This document shows positions 55,943 through 64,000 of a stretch of DNA of 64,000 nt, in pieces (the first letter of the stretch is position 1; each line of letters opens with the position of its first letter). This DNA is from Candidatus Micrarchaeota archaeon (GTDB taxonomy: Archaea; Micrarchaeota; Micrarchaeia; Anstonellales; Bilamarchaeaceae), in assembly GCA_040758595.1 (NCBI GenBank), contig JBFLVJ010000002.1, positions 38,504-102,503 of the forward strand, read 5' to 3'. The notes beneath the pieces are model-generated. The model did not search any database and was not told where the DNA came from. It saw nothing but the letters and a program-made list of their open reading frames with translations. A program made the position numbers and the translations under genes.

Positions 55943-58762
55943 ATGTACGATCACAGGAAAGTGGAGCAGGAGGTCTTGGCCTTCTGGGAGAAGCACGGCA
56001 TATACGGCAAGGCCAAGAAGAAGAATTCGGGCAGCGAGACGTTCTATTTCTGCGACGGCCCGCCCTACGCCACCGGCCAGATACACCCGGGCACCGGTTG
56101 GAACAAGACCATAAAGGACGCCGTCTGCCGCTACCAGAGGATGTGCGGGAAAGACGTGCGCGTCCAGGCCGGCTACGACACCCACGGCCTGCCGATAGAG
56201 GTCAAGGTGGAGCAGGAATTGAAGTTCACCAACAAGAACGACATCGAGAGATACGGCATCGGCAAGTTCGTGGACAAGTGCAAGTCCTTCGCCACCAAGT
56301 ACGTGGGCGTCATGGGCAAGCAGTTCCAGTCCCTGGGCGTCTGGATGGATTTCGACCGCCCCTACATAACATACCATGACGATTACATCAACTCCTCATG
56401 GAAGACATTGAAGATGGCCCACGAGAGGGAACTGCTCCACGAGGGCATCTACGTCCTCCCCTACTGCTACCGCTGCGAGACCACCATGGCCAACTACGAG
56501 CTTGAGTACGACGACGAGAACGACCCCAGCATCTACGTGAAGTTCAAGGTCAAGGACAAGGACGAATACCTGATAGTCTGGACCACCACTCCCTGGACAC
56601 TCGTCTCGAACATGGGCGTGATGGCCCACCCGACGTTCCCCTACGTGAAGGCCAAGGTGGATGGCGAAGTGTGGATACTCGCCAAGGACCGCCTGGAGCA
56701 CCTGATGGGGCTCCTTGGCAAGAGCGCGACTGTCGTCGAGGAGCTGCCAGGGAGGAAGCTCAACGGCATAGAATACCTCCATCCGTTCCAGGACAAGATA
56801 CACAAGTTCTACGGCCGCAAGGTGGTCCTCAGCGACGAGTTCGTGACGCTCGAAGAGGGCACCGGCCTGGTGCACACCGCTCCGGGCCACGGGCCTGCCG
56901 ACTTCATAATCGGGAAGCGCTTCGGCATCGAGGCGTTCTGCCCGGTCGATGGCAAGGGGTGCTACACCGAGGATGCAGGAGAGCTCAAGGGCAAGAACGT
57001 GCGCGAGGCGAATCCGGACGTGATAGAGATACTCGAGGACAACGGCTCGCTGATTTACGAGGCGCGCATCCGCCACCGCTATCCGCACTGCTGGCGCTGC
57101 AAGACGCCCCTCATATTCCTGACAACCAACCAGTGGTTCATCAGCATCTCCAAGGTCAAGGACCAGATGCTCAGCGAGATAGACAAGACCGAGTGGCACC
57201 CTGATTTCGCCAAGGTACGCTTCAAGGAGTTCGTCTCGAACGCCCCGGACTGGTGCATCTCCAGGCAGCGCTATTGGGGGATCCCCCTTCCAATATGGAA
57301 GTGCTCCTGCGGCAAGGTCAAGGTCGTAGGATCCAGGGATGAACTGCCTCCGGTCAAGGAGCTCCACCGCCCCTACATGGACGAAATCGAGCTCGACTGC
57401 GAGTGCGGCAAGACGATGGAGCGGGTCCCGGACGTGATGGACGTCTGGTTCGACTCGGGCAACGCCATCTGGGCCCCTCTGAGCCCTGAGGAATCCAAGA
57501 CCTTCGGCGAGAGGGCTGACCTCATCATAGAAGGCCAGGACCAGATAAGGGGATGGTTCTATTCTCTGCTAGGGTCCGGCGTTGTCCGCTACGGGGCATG
57601 CCCATACAAGAAACTGCTCATGCACGGCTTTTTCGTGGACGAGAAAGGGGAGAAGATGAGCAAGTCGCTGGGCAACTTCGTCCCGCTCGAGGAGATACTC
57701 GATAAATACGGTGCGGACACATTCCGCCTCTGGGGGGCTAACAACACCGTCTGGGAGGAGCTGAAATTCAGCTGGGAGGAATTGAAGAAGGCTACGTCCG
57801 ACCTGAACATCGTATTCAACATGATAGTGTTCCTGGAGCGCTTCTATCCAGAGAAGAAGCTGGAGATGCCCCAATTGACCAAGGTGGATGAATGGATGGT
57901 GAGCCGGCTCAATTCCACGATAAAGGAGTTCCGCGGCTCTTTCGACTCATATGAGATACACCGGGCGGTCAAGGCGCTCCGCTCCTTCATCGTGGAGGAC
58001 GTGAGCCGCTTCTACATGAAGATAGCCAAGGACCGCATCTCCAACGATGAGAGCGCCGAGGCGGCTCTCTGGACGATCTACACGGTCATGTTCGAGTCTT
58101 TGAAGATGCTCGGATGCTTCTCGCCGATGATAAGCGAGCACCTCTACCAGAGGTTCTTCAAGAGGTTCGAGAACGAGGAGTCCATCTTCCTGCTGAGGCT
58201 CCCCCAGCCCGACGAGGGCAGGATAAACGTCATCTATGAGAAGCAGATGGAGGGGATAGAGGAGCTGGTCTCGGTCGCCCTCCTCGCGAGGCAGACCGCA
58301 GGCATAAAGGTGCGCTGGCCGATAAGGACCATATACGTGGAGAGCAAATCGACCGAGGTCGGGGATGCCGTCAGGGCGTTCGGCGATATAGTCCTTGACC
58401 TGGTCAACGCCAAAGAGATCAGGATGGCCGAGAATCCCGCCGGCGAACTGGCCGAACAGCCATTCACCCAGGGCAAGCTATACATCGACAAGAAGATAGA
58501 CGAATCGCTCTATGAGGAAGGCGTCCTCAACGAGGTCAAGCGCCGCATCCAGATGATGCGGAAAGAGGCCGGCCTCGTGGAATCCGATCCGATCTCCATT
58601 ACGATAGAGACCGAGAAAGAGCTCGAGGGCATACTGAAGAAGCAGGAGAAACCCCTCTCAGAAGCCGTCAACGCCTCATCGGTGTCCTACGGCGCCGAGA
58701 AAGAGATGAATGAATACAAGATAGACGGAAGGCTCGTCAGGATAGCGCTGAAGAAGGGCTGA
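55943..58762 (+). CDS. ileS: isoleucyl-tRNA synthetase
   Basis: PPYATGQIHPGTGWNKTIKD (HIGH region, degenerate). GYDTHGLPIE. KMSKSLGN. Zn-ribbons CWRCKTP / CSCGK. 939 aa. Confidence 0.8.
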   Translation: MYDHRKVEQEVLAFWEKHGIYGKAKKKNSGSETFYFCDGPPYATGQIHPGTGWNKTIKDAVCRYQRMCGKDVRVQAGYDTHGLPIEVKVEQELKFTNKNDIERYGIGKFVDKCKSFATKYVGVMGKQFQSLGVWMDFDRPYITYHDDYINSSWKTLKMAHERELLHEGIYVLPYCYRCETTMANYELEYDDENDPSIYVKFKVKDKDEYLIVWTTTPWTLVSNMGVMAHPTFPYVKAKVDGEVWILAKDRLEHLMGLLGKSATVVEELPGRKLNGIEYLHPFQDKIHKFYGRKVVLSDEFVTLEEGTGLVHTAPGHGPADFIIGKRFGIEAFCPVDGKGCYTEDAGELKGKNVREANPDVIEILEDNGSLIYEARIRHRYPHCWRCKTPLIFLTTNQWFISISKVKDQMLSEIDKTEWHPDFAKVRFKEFVSNAPDWCISRQRYWGIPLPIWKCSCGKVKVVGSRDELPPVKELHRPYMDEIELDCECGKTMERVPDVMDVWFDSGNAIWAPLSPEESKTFGERADLIIEGQDQIRGWFYSLLGSGVVRYGACPYKKLLMHGFFVDEKGEKMSKSLGNFVPLEEILDKYGADTFRLWGANNTVWEELKFSWEELKKATSDLNIVFNMIVFLERFYPEKKLEMPQLTKVDEWMVSRLNSTIKEFRGSFDSYEIHRAVKALRSFIVEDVSRFYMKIAKDRISNDESAEAALWTIYTVMFESLKMLGCFSPMISEHLYQRFFKRFENEESIFLLRLPQPDEGRINVIYEKQMEGIEELVSVALLARQTAGIKVRWPIRTIYVESKSTEVGDAVRAFGDIVLDLVNAKEIRMAENPAGELAEQPFTQGKLYIDKKIDESLYEEGVLNEVKRRIQMMRKEAGLVESDPISITIETEKELEGILKKQEKPLSEAVNASSVSYGAEKEMNEYKIDGRLVRIALKKG

Positions 58763-58766
58763 TAGT

Positions 58767-58964
58767 TCAGTTAGCGCTCTTGAACATGCTCCTCTTGTTT
58801 ATATCGGTCCAGCAGCTCTTGCAGATGTACCTGTGGTCCACCTTCTTCCTTTTGGAGCTCTTGACGCAGCTGTTGCAGGTCCTGCGCTCGCAGTAGTCGC
58901 ATTTGACGAGCTTCGCTGTCTGGGTGCCGCATCTTCCGCATGTCTCTATAGCCATAAATATCAC
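58767..58964 (-). CDS. small double zinc-ribbon protein
   Basis: CGRCG...CDYCERRTCNSC...CKSCW, i.e. eight Cys in CxxC pairs. Confidence 0.45.
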   Translation of the reverse strand: MIFMAIETCGRCGTQTAKLVKCDYCERRTCNSCVKSSKRKKVDHRYICKSCWTDINKRSMFKSAN

Positions 58965-59040
58965 TCATTTTAGTCGTTGAGAATCGTATCCAGTATAGAT
59001 AGGGAAAGCTATTTAATAGGTATTCCGGGAATGCTATCCC

Positions 59041-59571
59041 ATGAAAGGGCAGGCCGCAGCGAGGAGAATCCCACCTCCAGCCCGCTTCCTGAAAGGACAG
59101 GCGGCGGTCGAATACCTGACTACCTACGGGTGGGCCATCCTGGCGCTTGTGATAGTGCTGGGCTTGCTGGTCTCCACCGGGGTGTTCTCCCCCAGCTATC
59201 TGGTCTCAGAGGAGTGCAGCTTCGGCAACAACCTCAAATGCGACGTGGCCTTCTTCAACCAGGCCGGCGCGACCCACATGAACATACGTTTCTTCAACGG
59301 CTTCCCCTACAAGGTCATGATAAAGGACCTGGAGCTCCAGGGCTCGGACGGCACGGCCCTCACGGGCTTCGCCAATGACGTGGAGCTCGAGAGCGGTGCG
59401 TCCTATACCTACGAGGCCGAGGTGGTCGGCCCACAGGTGCCCGTCGAGACGCTCAAGAGGTTCACGGGCAATCTGACCTATGTCTCCTGCGCCCCTGAGC
59501 TGGGCCCTTCCTGCAGCACTGTGGGGCATACCCTCTCCGGCAGGGTCAGCGCGAGGGTCATAGCCGAGTAG
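59041..59571 (+). CDS. archaeal type IV pilin-like protein (class III signal peptide)
   Basis: KGQAAVEYLTTYGWAILALVIVLGLLV: prepilin-type signal plus hydrophobic helix. Confidence 0.6.
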   Translation: MKGQAAARRIPPPARFLKGQAAVEYLTTYGWAILALVIVLGLLVSTGVFSPSYLVSEECSFGNNLKCDVAFFNQAGATHMNIRFFNGFPYKVMIKDLELQGSDGTALTGFANDVELESGASYTYEAEVVGPQVPVETLKRFTGNLTYVSCAPELGPSCSTVGHTLSGRVSARVIAE

Positions 59572-61893
59572 CTATGCATTCACAGAGAATTCGCCTTCAA
59601 CGATCTCCACTTCCTTGACGCGGCTGATGCTCTTCAGCTCCTCCACGAGTTCCGGATCCAGCCCGCCTTTGAGGCTGAGCCGCACCCTCTCCAGCTCGGC
59701 GTTCTGGGGCAGCTTGTTCCTGGATTTATGCTGCCTCAGCTGGCTGATTATCTCGTTGAGCACCGAGACCTTCTCCACGTCATCCTTGTGCTCCTCGCCC
59801 GCCATGGGCCAGGGCTGGCAATGGACGCTCTCCTTGCCATCGAAGAGGTTTTGGTACACCTCCTCGCTGATATGCGGGGTTATCGGGGCCAGCAGCTTCA
59901 GGGATTCCTCGAGCACCTTGTTCAACGTGGCAAGAGCCGCATCCTTCTTCGGGTGGTCCTCGTATGCCCTGTACTTTACATATTCTAGGTAGTTGTCGCA
60001 GAAGTCGTGCCAGAAGAAATCATGGAGCGCTTTCATGGCCTGGTGATACTCATAGGCATCCATGCTCTCTGTGCAGAGCTTTATGGTGCTGCTCAGCCTG
60101 CCCAGGATCCACCTATCCACCATCGTGGGTTCAGTGTTTTGGGTTTTGGGTTTGCCCAGGGTCTCGACGAACCTGGCGGCGTTCCAGACCTTGGTCAGGA
60201 AGCTCTTGGAGAATTTTATATCCTCGAAGCTGAAGGGCCTGTCCTTGGCCATCGCCCCGCTCAGGGCCGCCCACTGCCTGATGGCATCCGTGGGATAGTC
60301 CTTGAGCAGGTCGCTCGGGGAGATGATGTTCCCAAGGCTCTTGCTCATCTTCTTCCCGTCAGGGGCGAGCACGTTGCCGTTGAGCAGTATCTCCTTGAAA
60401 GGCGGCATCTTGGTGAGCGCCCCGCTCCGGTAGACCGTGTAGAACGCCCAGGTGCGCACTATCTCCACTCCCTGGGGCCTCAGCGAAACAGGATAGAATC
60501 TCTTCATCCTCTCCATGTCCGGCCATCCTGATATTATGAGCGGGGTGATGCTCGAATCCACCCAGCAGTCGCAGGTGCTGCTTTCGGCGATCATCTGCTT
60601 GCCGCACTTGCAGGCCTTGCCTTTCGCCTTCTCGGGGTAGAACGGCAGCTCGTCGTCATCAGCTGGCGCGGTCTCCCCGCACTCGCAATAGTAGAATGGC
60701 AAAGGCGTCCCGAAGACGCGCTGCCGTGAGATGACCCAGTCCCATTCGGCCCCTTCCACCCAGTCTATCAGGTAGGTGATGCCGAAGTCAGGTATCCACT
60801 TTATCTTCTGGGCCATGGATTTTATCGTCTGGCCGGTGGATTTGATGTCTGCGAACCATTGGAGGGATGGGATGAGCTCGACCGGCCTCTTGCACCGATC
60901 GTGCACCTTGACCGTCTGCCTTATCTGCGTCTTCTTTATGACGTTGTCCTCCAGCTCCTCGAGTATCTTCTTCTTGGCGTCCTCGACTTTGAGGCCGTCC
61001 AAAGAGCCGGAATTGATCATCTTGCCGTGCTGGTCTATGGCTTCATATAGCGGGAGCTTGTGCCGATTCTTCCATACGACATCCATCTTGTCGCCGAAGG
61101 TGCAGACCATCACGAGCCCGCTGCCGAACTCCTTGTCCACGTCCTTGTCGGCGAAAGCCGGGACCTCTTTCCCGAGCGGGGTGCGAACGCTCTTGCCGGA
61201 GAGGCTCTTGTACCGCTCATCCTCAGGGTTGTATAGCACCGCCTCGCAGGCATGAAGCATCTCGGGCCTTGTCGTCGCGATTATCAGATCTTCCCCGTCC
61301 GGGCCGGAGAACCTCAGGTGGTTCAATGTCCCGTCCTTTTCCTCGTCGTCTAATTCGGCCTTGGCTACTGCGGAGACGCACCTGGGGCACCAATAGACTG
61401 GGTATTTGTCTCGGTATATGAGTTTGTCCCCGTACATCTTTATGAGCGATAATTGGACCTTCCTGTGGTACTCCGGATCCATCGTCCGGTATTCGTATCT
61501 CCAGTCCGGGCTGAAGCCCATCTCCACCATCTGGCTTTTCATCCTGGCGATGAACTCTTTCGTCCATTCCACGCATTTCTGCCTGAACTGCGGAGGGGGG
61601 AGCCTGCCGTATTTCTTTTCCACCTTCACCTCGGTGGGGAATCCCTGGGTGTCCCAGCCCTGGGGGTAGTAGACGTTGTAGCCCCGCATGCGCTTGTACC
61701 TGGCGGCGAAGTCGAAATAGCTGTATGAGAGGACATGGCCCATGTGCAGCTCCCCGCTAGTAAAAGGCGGTGGAGTGTCTATGGAGTAGATGGGCCTGAT
61801 GGTGTCGTTCTCGTCGAACCTGTAGGTGCCGCTCTCCCCCCACTGTTCCTGCCATTTCTGCTCTATGGCTCTCTCGTAGCGTTGCTGGAGCAT
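59572..61893 (-). CDS. valS: valyl-tRNA synthetase
   Basis: IDTPPPFTSGELHMGHVLSY (HIGH). KMSKSLGN. 773 aa. Carries an in-frame heptamer-derived insertion KPKTQNTEP. Confidence 0.85.
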   Translation of the reverse strand: MLQQRYERAIEQKWQEQWGESGTYRFDENDTIRPIYSIDTPPPFTSGELHMGHVLSYSYFDFAARYKRMRGYNVYYPQGWDTQGFPTEVKVEKKYGRLPPPQFRQKCVEWTKEFIARMKSQMVEMGFSPDWRYEYRTMDPEYHRKVQLSLIKMYGDKLIYRDKYPVYWCPRCVSAVAKAELDDEEKDGTLNHLRFSGPDGEDLIIATTRPEMLHACEAVLYNPEDERYKSLSGKSVRTPLGKEVPAFADKDVDKEFGSGLVMVCTFGDKMDVVWKNRHKLPLYEAIDQHGKMINSGSLDGLKVEDAKKKILEELEDNVIKKTQIRQTVKVHDRCKRPVELIPSLQWFADIKSTGQTIKSMAQKIKWIPDFGITYLIDWVEGAEWDWVISRQRVFGTPLPFYYCECGETAPADDDELPFYPEKAKGKACKCGKQMIAESSTCDCWVDSSITPLIISGWPDMERMKRFYPVSLRPQGVEIVRTWAFYTVYRSGALTKMPPFKEILLNGNVLAPDGKKMSKSLGNIISPSDLLKDYPTDAIRQWAALSGAMAKDRPFSFEDIKFSKSFLTKVWNAARFVETLGKPKTQNTEPTMVDRWILGRLSSTIKLCTESMDAYEYHQAMKALHDFFWHDFCDNYLEYVKYRAYEDHPKKDAALATLNKVLEESLKLLAPITPHISEEVYQNLFDGKESVHCQPWPMAGEEHKDDVEKVSVLNEIISQLRQHKSRNKLPQNAELERVRLSLKGGLDPELVEELKSISRVKEVEIVEGEFSVNA
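60113..60146 (+). repeat. heptamer array GGGTTCA GTGTTTT GGGTTTT GGGTTTG inside valS
   Basis: Direct reading; G-rich orientation on the plus strand. Confidence 0.55.
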
Positions 61894-61939
61894 AAGAATC
61901 AGAATAAGATTGCTGAGAGGTTTTTAAAAAAAGAGGAGT

Positions 61940-62926
61940 TCAGGCCACGGCCTGCTTGAGCCTCACCGGCCTGACGTTGTTGAGCCTGCCGTAGGCGTAC
62001 ATCTCGGCTGCCGCGCTGATGGCGACGATTGTGCTCTCGTTGCCCTCGATGCCCATGTCGACGAAGTCTTCAGCTTTCTTCTGGCTGCCGTAGAAGGCGG
62101 CCAACTGGGCGAACGCTTCCTTGTATTCCGTCTGGTCCCCGCTCTTCTTGGCGTCCTTGAGCCTCTTGTTGAGCTCGTTGACCATGAGGATGGACGCCTG
62201 GGTCAGCTGCTGTATCGTCCTGTCCCTTTCGATGGACATGGCGCCGCTTGGGCTCAAGTCCGCGTCTTTGGGCTTGGCCGCGCCGAAGACGACGTTCATG
62301 GAGTAGCCCATCTCGAGGGCCGCCCTGAGCATGTCCCCCATCTGGGTCTCGTTGAGGCCCTTGGAAGCGATTTCGAGCACCTTCTTCTGGTTCTCCAAAG
62401 AAGTGCCTGTCTTGAGCCTTGCCAGCTCGTTCGCAGCCGCGAGGCCGAGGCCCAGCGCAGCGTTCCGTTCTGCCGTCTTCTCCTCTTTGGCATATCTGTT
62501 CGCTTGCTGTCCCGAGGTCTCGAGATATTTCTGGAGGTAGATCTTGCTGATTATGTCTGTGACGTGGTCTTTCTGCTCCTTGGTGAAGTCCCTGAGCAGT
62601 TCCTTTACTTTGGTCAGCCTGTCGGCATTTATCAAAGGCTTGCCGTTCTGGTCGAGGCCGACATAGCCGCCAAGGGCATCCAAGACCCGGGTCAGCGACA
62701 GCGGGGTCTTATTGAATGCTTTAACCGTGCTCAGGTCTCCTTTAGGCTCCGGGAGCTTGAATCCCAAATCCGGAGGCGGGGATGACGTTTTAGCGTAGCC
62801 TTGGAGCGCTGCTTGGATAGCGGGTTTTGCTATTTCGACTGCTTTATTGTGAGTATCTTGCGCATCCTTTTGCCGAATTACTGTGGCATCAGCTCTCGCG
62901 TCCGATTCTTCTTGTCCGAATGGCAT
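61940..62926 (-). CDS. hypothetical protein
   Basis: 328 aa, no recognised domain. The 5' end falls in a lower-GC segment. Confidence 0.4.
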   Translation of the reverse strand: MPFGQEESDARADATVIRQKDAQDTHNKAVEIAKPAIQAALQGYAKTSSPPPDLGFKLPEPKGDLSTVKAFNKTPLSLTRVLDALGGYVGLDQNGKPLINADRLTKVKELLRDFTKEQKDHVTDIISKIYLQKYLETSGQQANRYAKEEKTAERNAALGLGLAAANELARLKTGTSLENQKKVLEIASKGLNETQMGDMLRAALEMGYSMNVVFGAAKPKDADLSPSGAMSIERDRTIQQLTQASILMVNELNKRLKDAKKSGDQTEYKEAFAQLAAFYGSQKKAEDFVDMGIEGNESTIVAISAAAEMYAYGRLNNVRPVRLKQAVA

Positions 62927-62965
62927 AGAATAAGATTAGAAAAAGAGAGAATAAAACTGTTCTGT

Positions 62966-63694
62966 TTAGTACTCCGTAGAAGCGACTGCGCCCACCTTTG
63001 GTTTAGGATCATAAAGAATTGCCTTTGCACCAAAGACCTGGCGTTTCTTTGAATAGTACGACGCACCGTACGCTAGTTGCCCTCCTTTGTATTGGCCTAT
63101 AACCTTGCCATTGGCATCGAGCGGGATAGCATAAACATTAATTACTCGCTCACCATTTTGAGCAGAGTCAAACTCGAAAAACAATCTGGCACTTTTTGGT
63201 TCCTGACCAGATACCTGTTTTACGAGGTCAACAAATGACCTAAGGTCAAAGCCAGCATACACCTGGGTTGTATCTGTAGCGCTTTTTGAATATCTAAAGT
63301 TAATGGTGCTGCTTCCATCGTCCTTTCTACCTAATCCTATGGATACGTGCAGACCTTCTTTTGGCACATTAAGCACCGAAGCCACAGCACCGTTGCTAGC
63401 GTATGGCTTGCTCTTCTTATCTAGGTTATTGATGGTATCGCTGAGCGTGAGTTTGTAGACTTTCTGCCCGTTTATCGTCACGGGCGTGGTCGCTTTGGCC
63501 TCCCTGCCAAAGAACGACATCGGAGAAACAGCCAAAGCTCCGCCGAGCAAGGCGGCTCCAGCCACTTTGAAGAAGCCCCTCCTCGAGGTGCCTCTTTCGT
63601 CAGGCCCCTCGGGCCCCCTTAGAACGTGATCCATCCTTTTCATATCCTCCACCCCAATATTATTACCACGGAACTTATTAAAAACACAGCCCAT
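62966..63694 (-). CDS. Tat-secreted hypothetical protein in a low-GC segment
   Basis: Twin-arginine signal TSRRGFFKVAGAALLGGALA. Local GC about 45% versus about 60% for the window. Confidence 0.5.
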   Translation of the reverse strand: MGCVFNKFRGNNIGVEDMKRMDHVLRGPEGPDERGTSRRGFFKVAGAALLGGALAVSPMSFFGREAKATTPVTINGQKVYKLTLSDTINNLDKKSKPYASNGAVASVLNVPKEGLHVSIGLGRKDDGSSTINFRYSKSATDTTQVYAGFDLRSFVDLVKQVSGQEPKSARLFFEFDSAQNGERVINVYAIPLDANGKVIGQYKGGQLAYGASYYSKKRQVFGAKAILYDPKPKVGAVASTEY

Positions 63695-63761
63695 CGGGCT
63701 GTTTTTTGTTGAAATCCATCCTCTTCTCCAGGTTTTTATAGAAAAATGAAAAAAATATAAA

Positions 63762-63968
63762 TCAGCGCTTTTCCTGAGCGAACAGAGGCGCCAGCAGCTG
63801 CTGTATCTTGGCGGCTATCTCCTTGGCGGTCCTGTCCCTGCTGCGGTGTCCCTGCGGCGGGAAGAGGGCCACTTTCTTGCCTTCCTCCTCATTCACCCTC
63901 AGCATGTGGATGTTCGCCTGCTTGTTCTCGATCACATACAGGAGATGGGCCTTTATGGCGTTGTTCAT
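63762..63968 (-). CDS. small hypothetical protein
   Basis: 68-aa ORF at the window edge; no homology recognised. Confidence 0.25.
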   Translation of the reverse strand: MNNAIKAHLLYVIENKQANIHMLRVNEEEGKKVALFPPQGHRSRDRTAKEIAAKIQQLLAPLFAQEKR

Positions 63969-64000
63969 ATTGTCCCTGTTGTTCTCGAAGACCTTCTTGA

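Noticed and set aside
54885-57367. Minus-strand ORFs of 270 and 323 aa over the transglutaminase-like and ileS genes
   Set aside because: The sense strands carry Tat-signal/TPR and KMSKS/Zn-ribbon features. The antisense frames are Gly/Arg/Val/Leu-rich without motifs.
1-64000. CRISPR arrays, rRNA genes, IS transposases
   Set aside because: No regularly spaced direct repeats with unique spacers, no rRNA-like conserved stretches, and no transposase or integrase ORFs were found. The only mobile-type protein domain is the homing endonuclease inside the PolD intein.

Overview
This is a GC-rich (~60%) archaeal chromosomal segment. It carries PolD large subunit DP2 (with an intein), an RFC small subunit, Nop5, ribosomal protein L10e, archaeal-type AlaRS, GlyRS and PEPC, and a cupin-type PGI. 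Most genes are housekeeping: six aminoacyl-tRNA synthetases (CysRS, GlyRS, AlaRS, HisRS, IleRS, ValRS), hisG, purN, tpiA, malic enzyme and an aspartase/fumarase. These are interleaved with many small secreted and membrane proteins and six tRNA genes. At least four of the tRNAs carry introns of 26-170 nt; a fifth looks intron-containing but unresolved, and tRNA-Pro has none. Five things are not explained by standard annotation. (1) A family of degenerate tandem heptanucleotide repeats (consensus CCGAAAC/GTTTCGG) at eleven or more loci, several of them in-frame inside conserved genes. (2) An AbrB-like small protein translationally coupled to a radical-SAM/SPASM enzyme, followed by a 250-bp element bounded by 13-bp perfect inverted repeats. 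(3) A three-gene secreted cluster with a Kazal-domain Cys-repeat protein flanked by two paralogs that have unusual Cys-TM C-termini. (4) Homologous giant tRNA introns and att-like tRNA-Gln duplications. (5) A GGDEF-domain protein in an archaeal context. No CRISPR arrays or rRNA genes were seen. Many long antisense ORFs are GC-driven shadows and were rejected.
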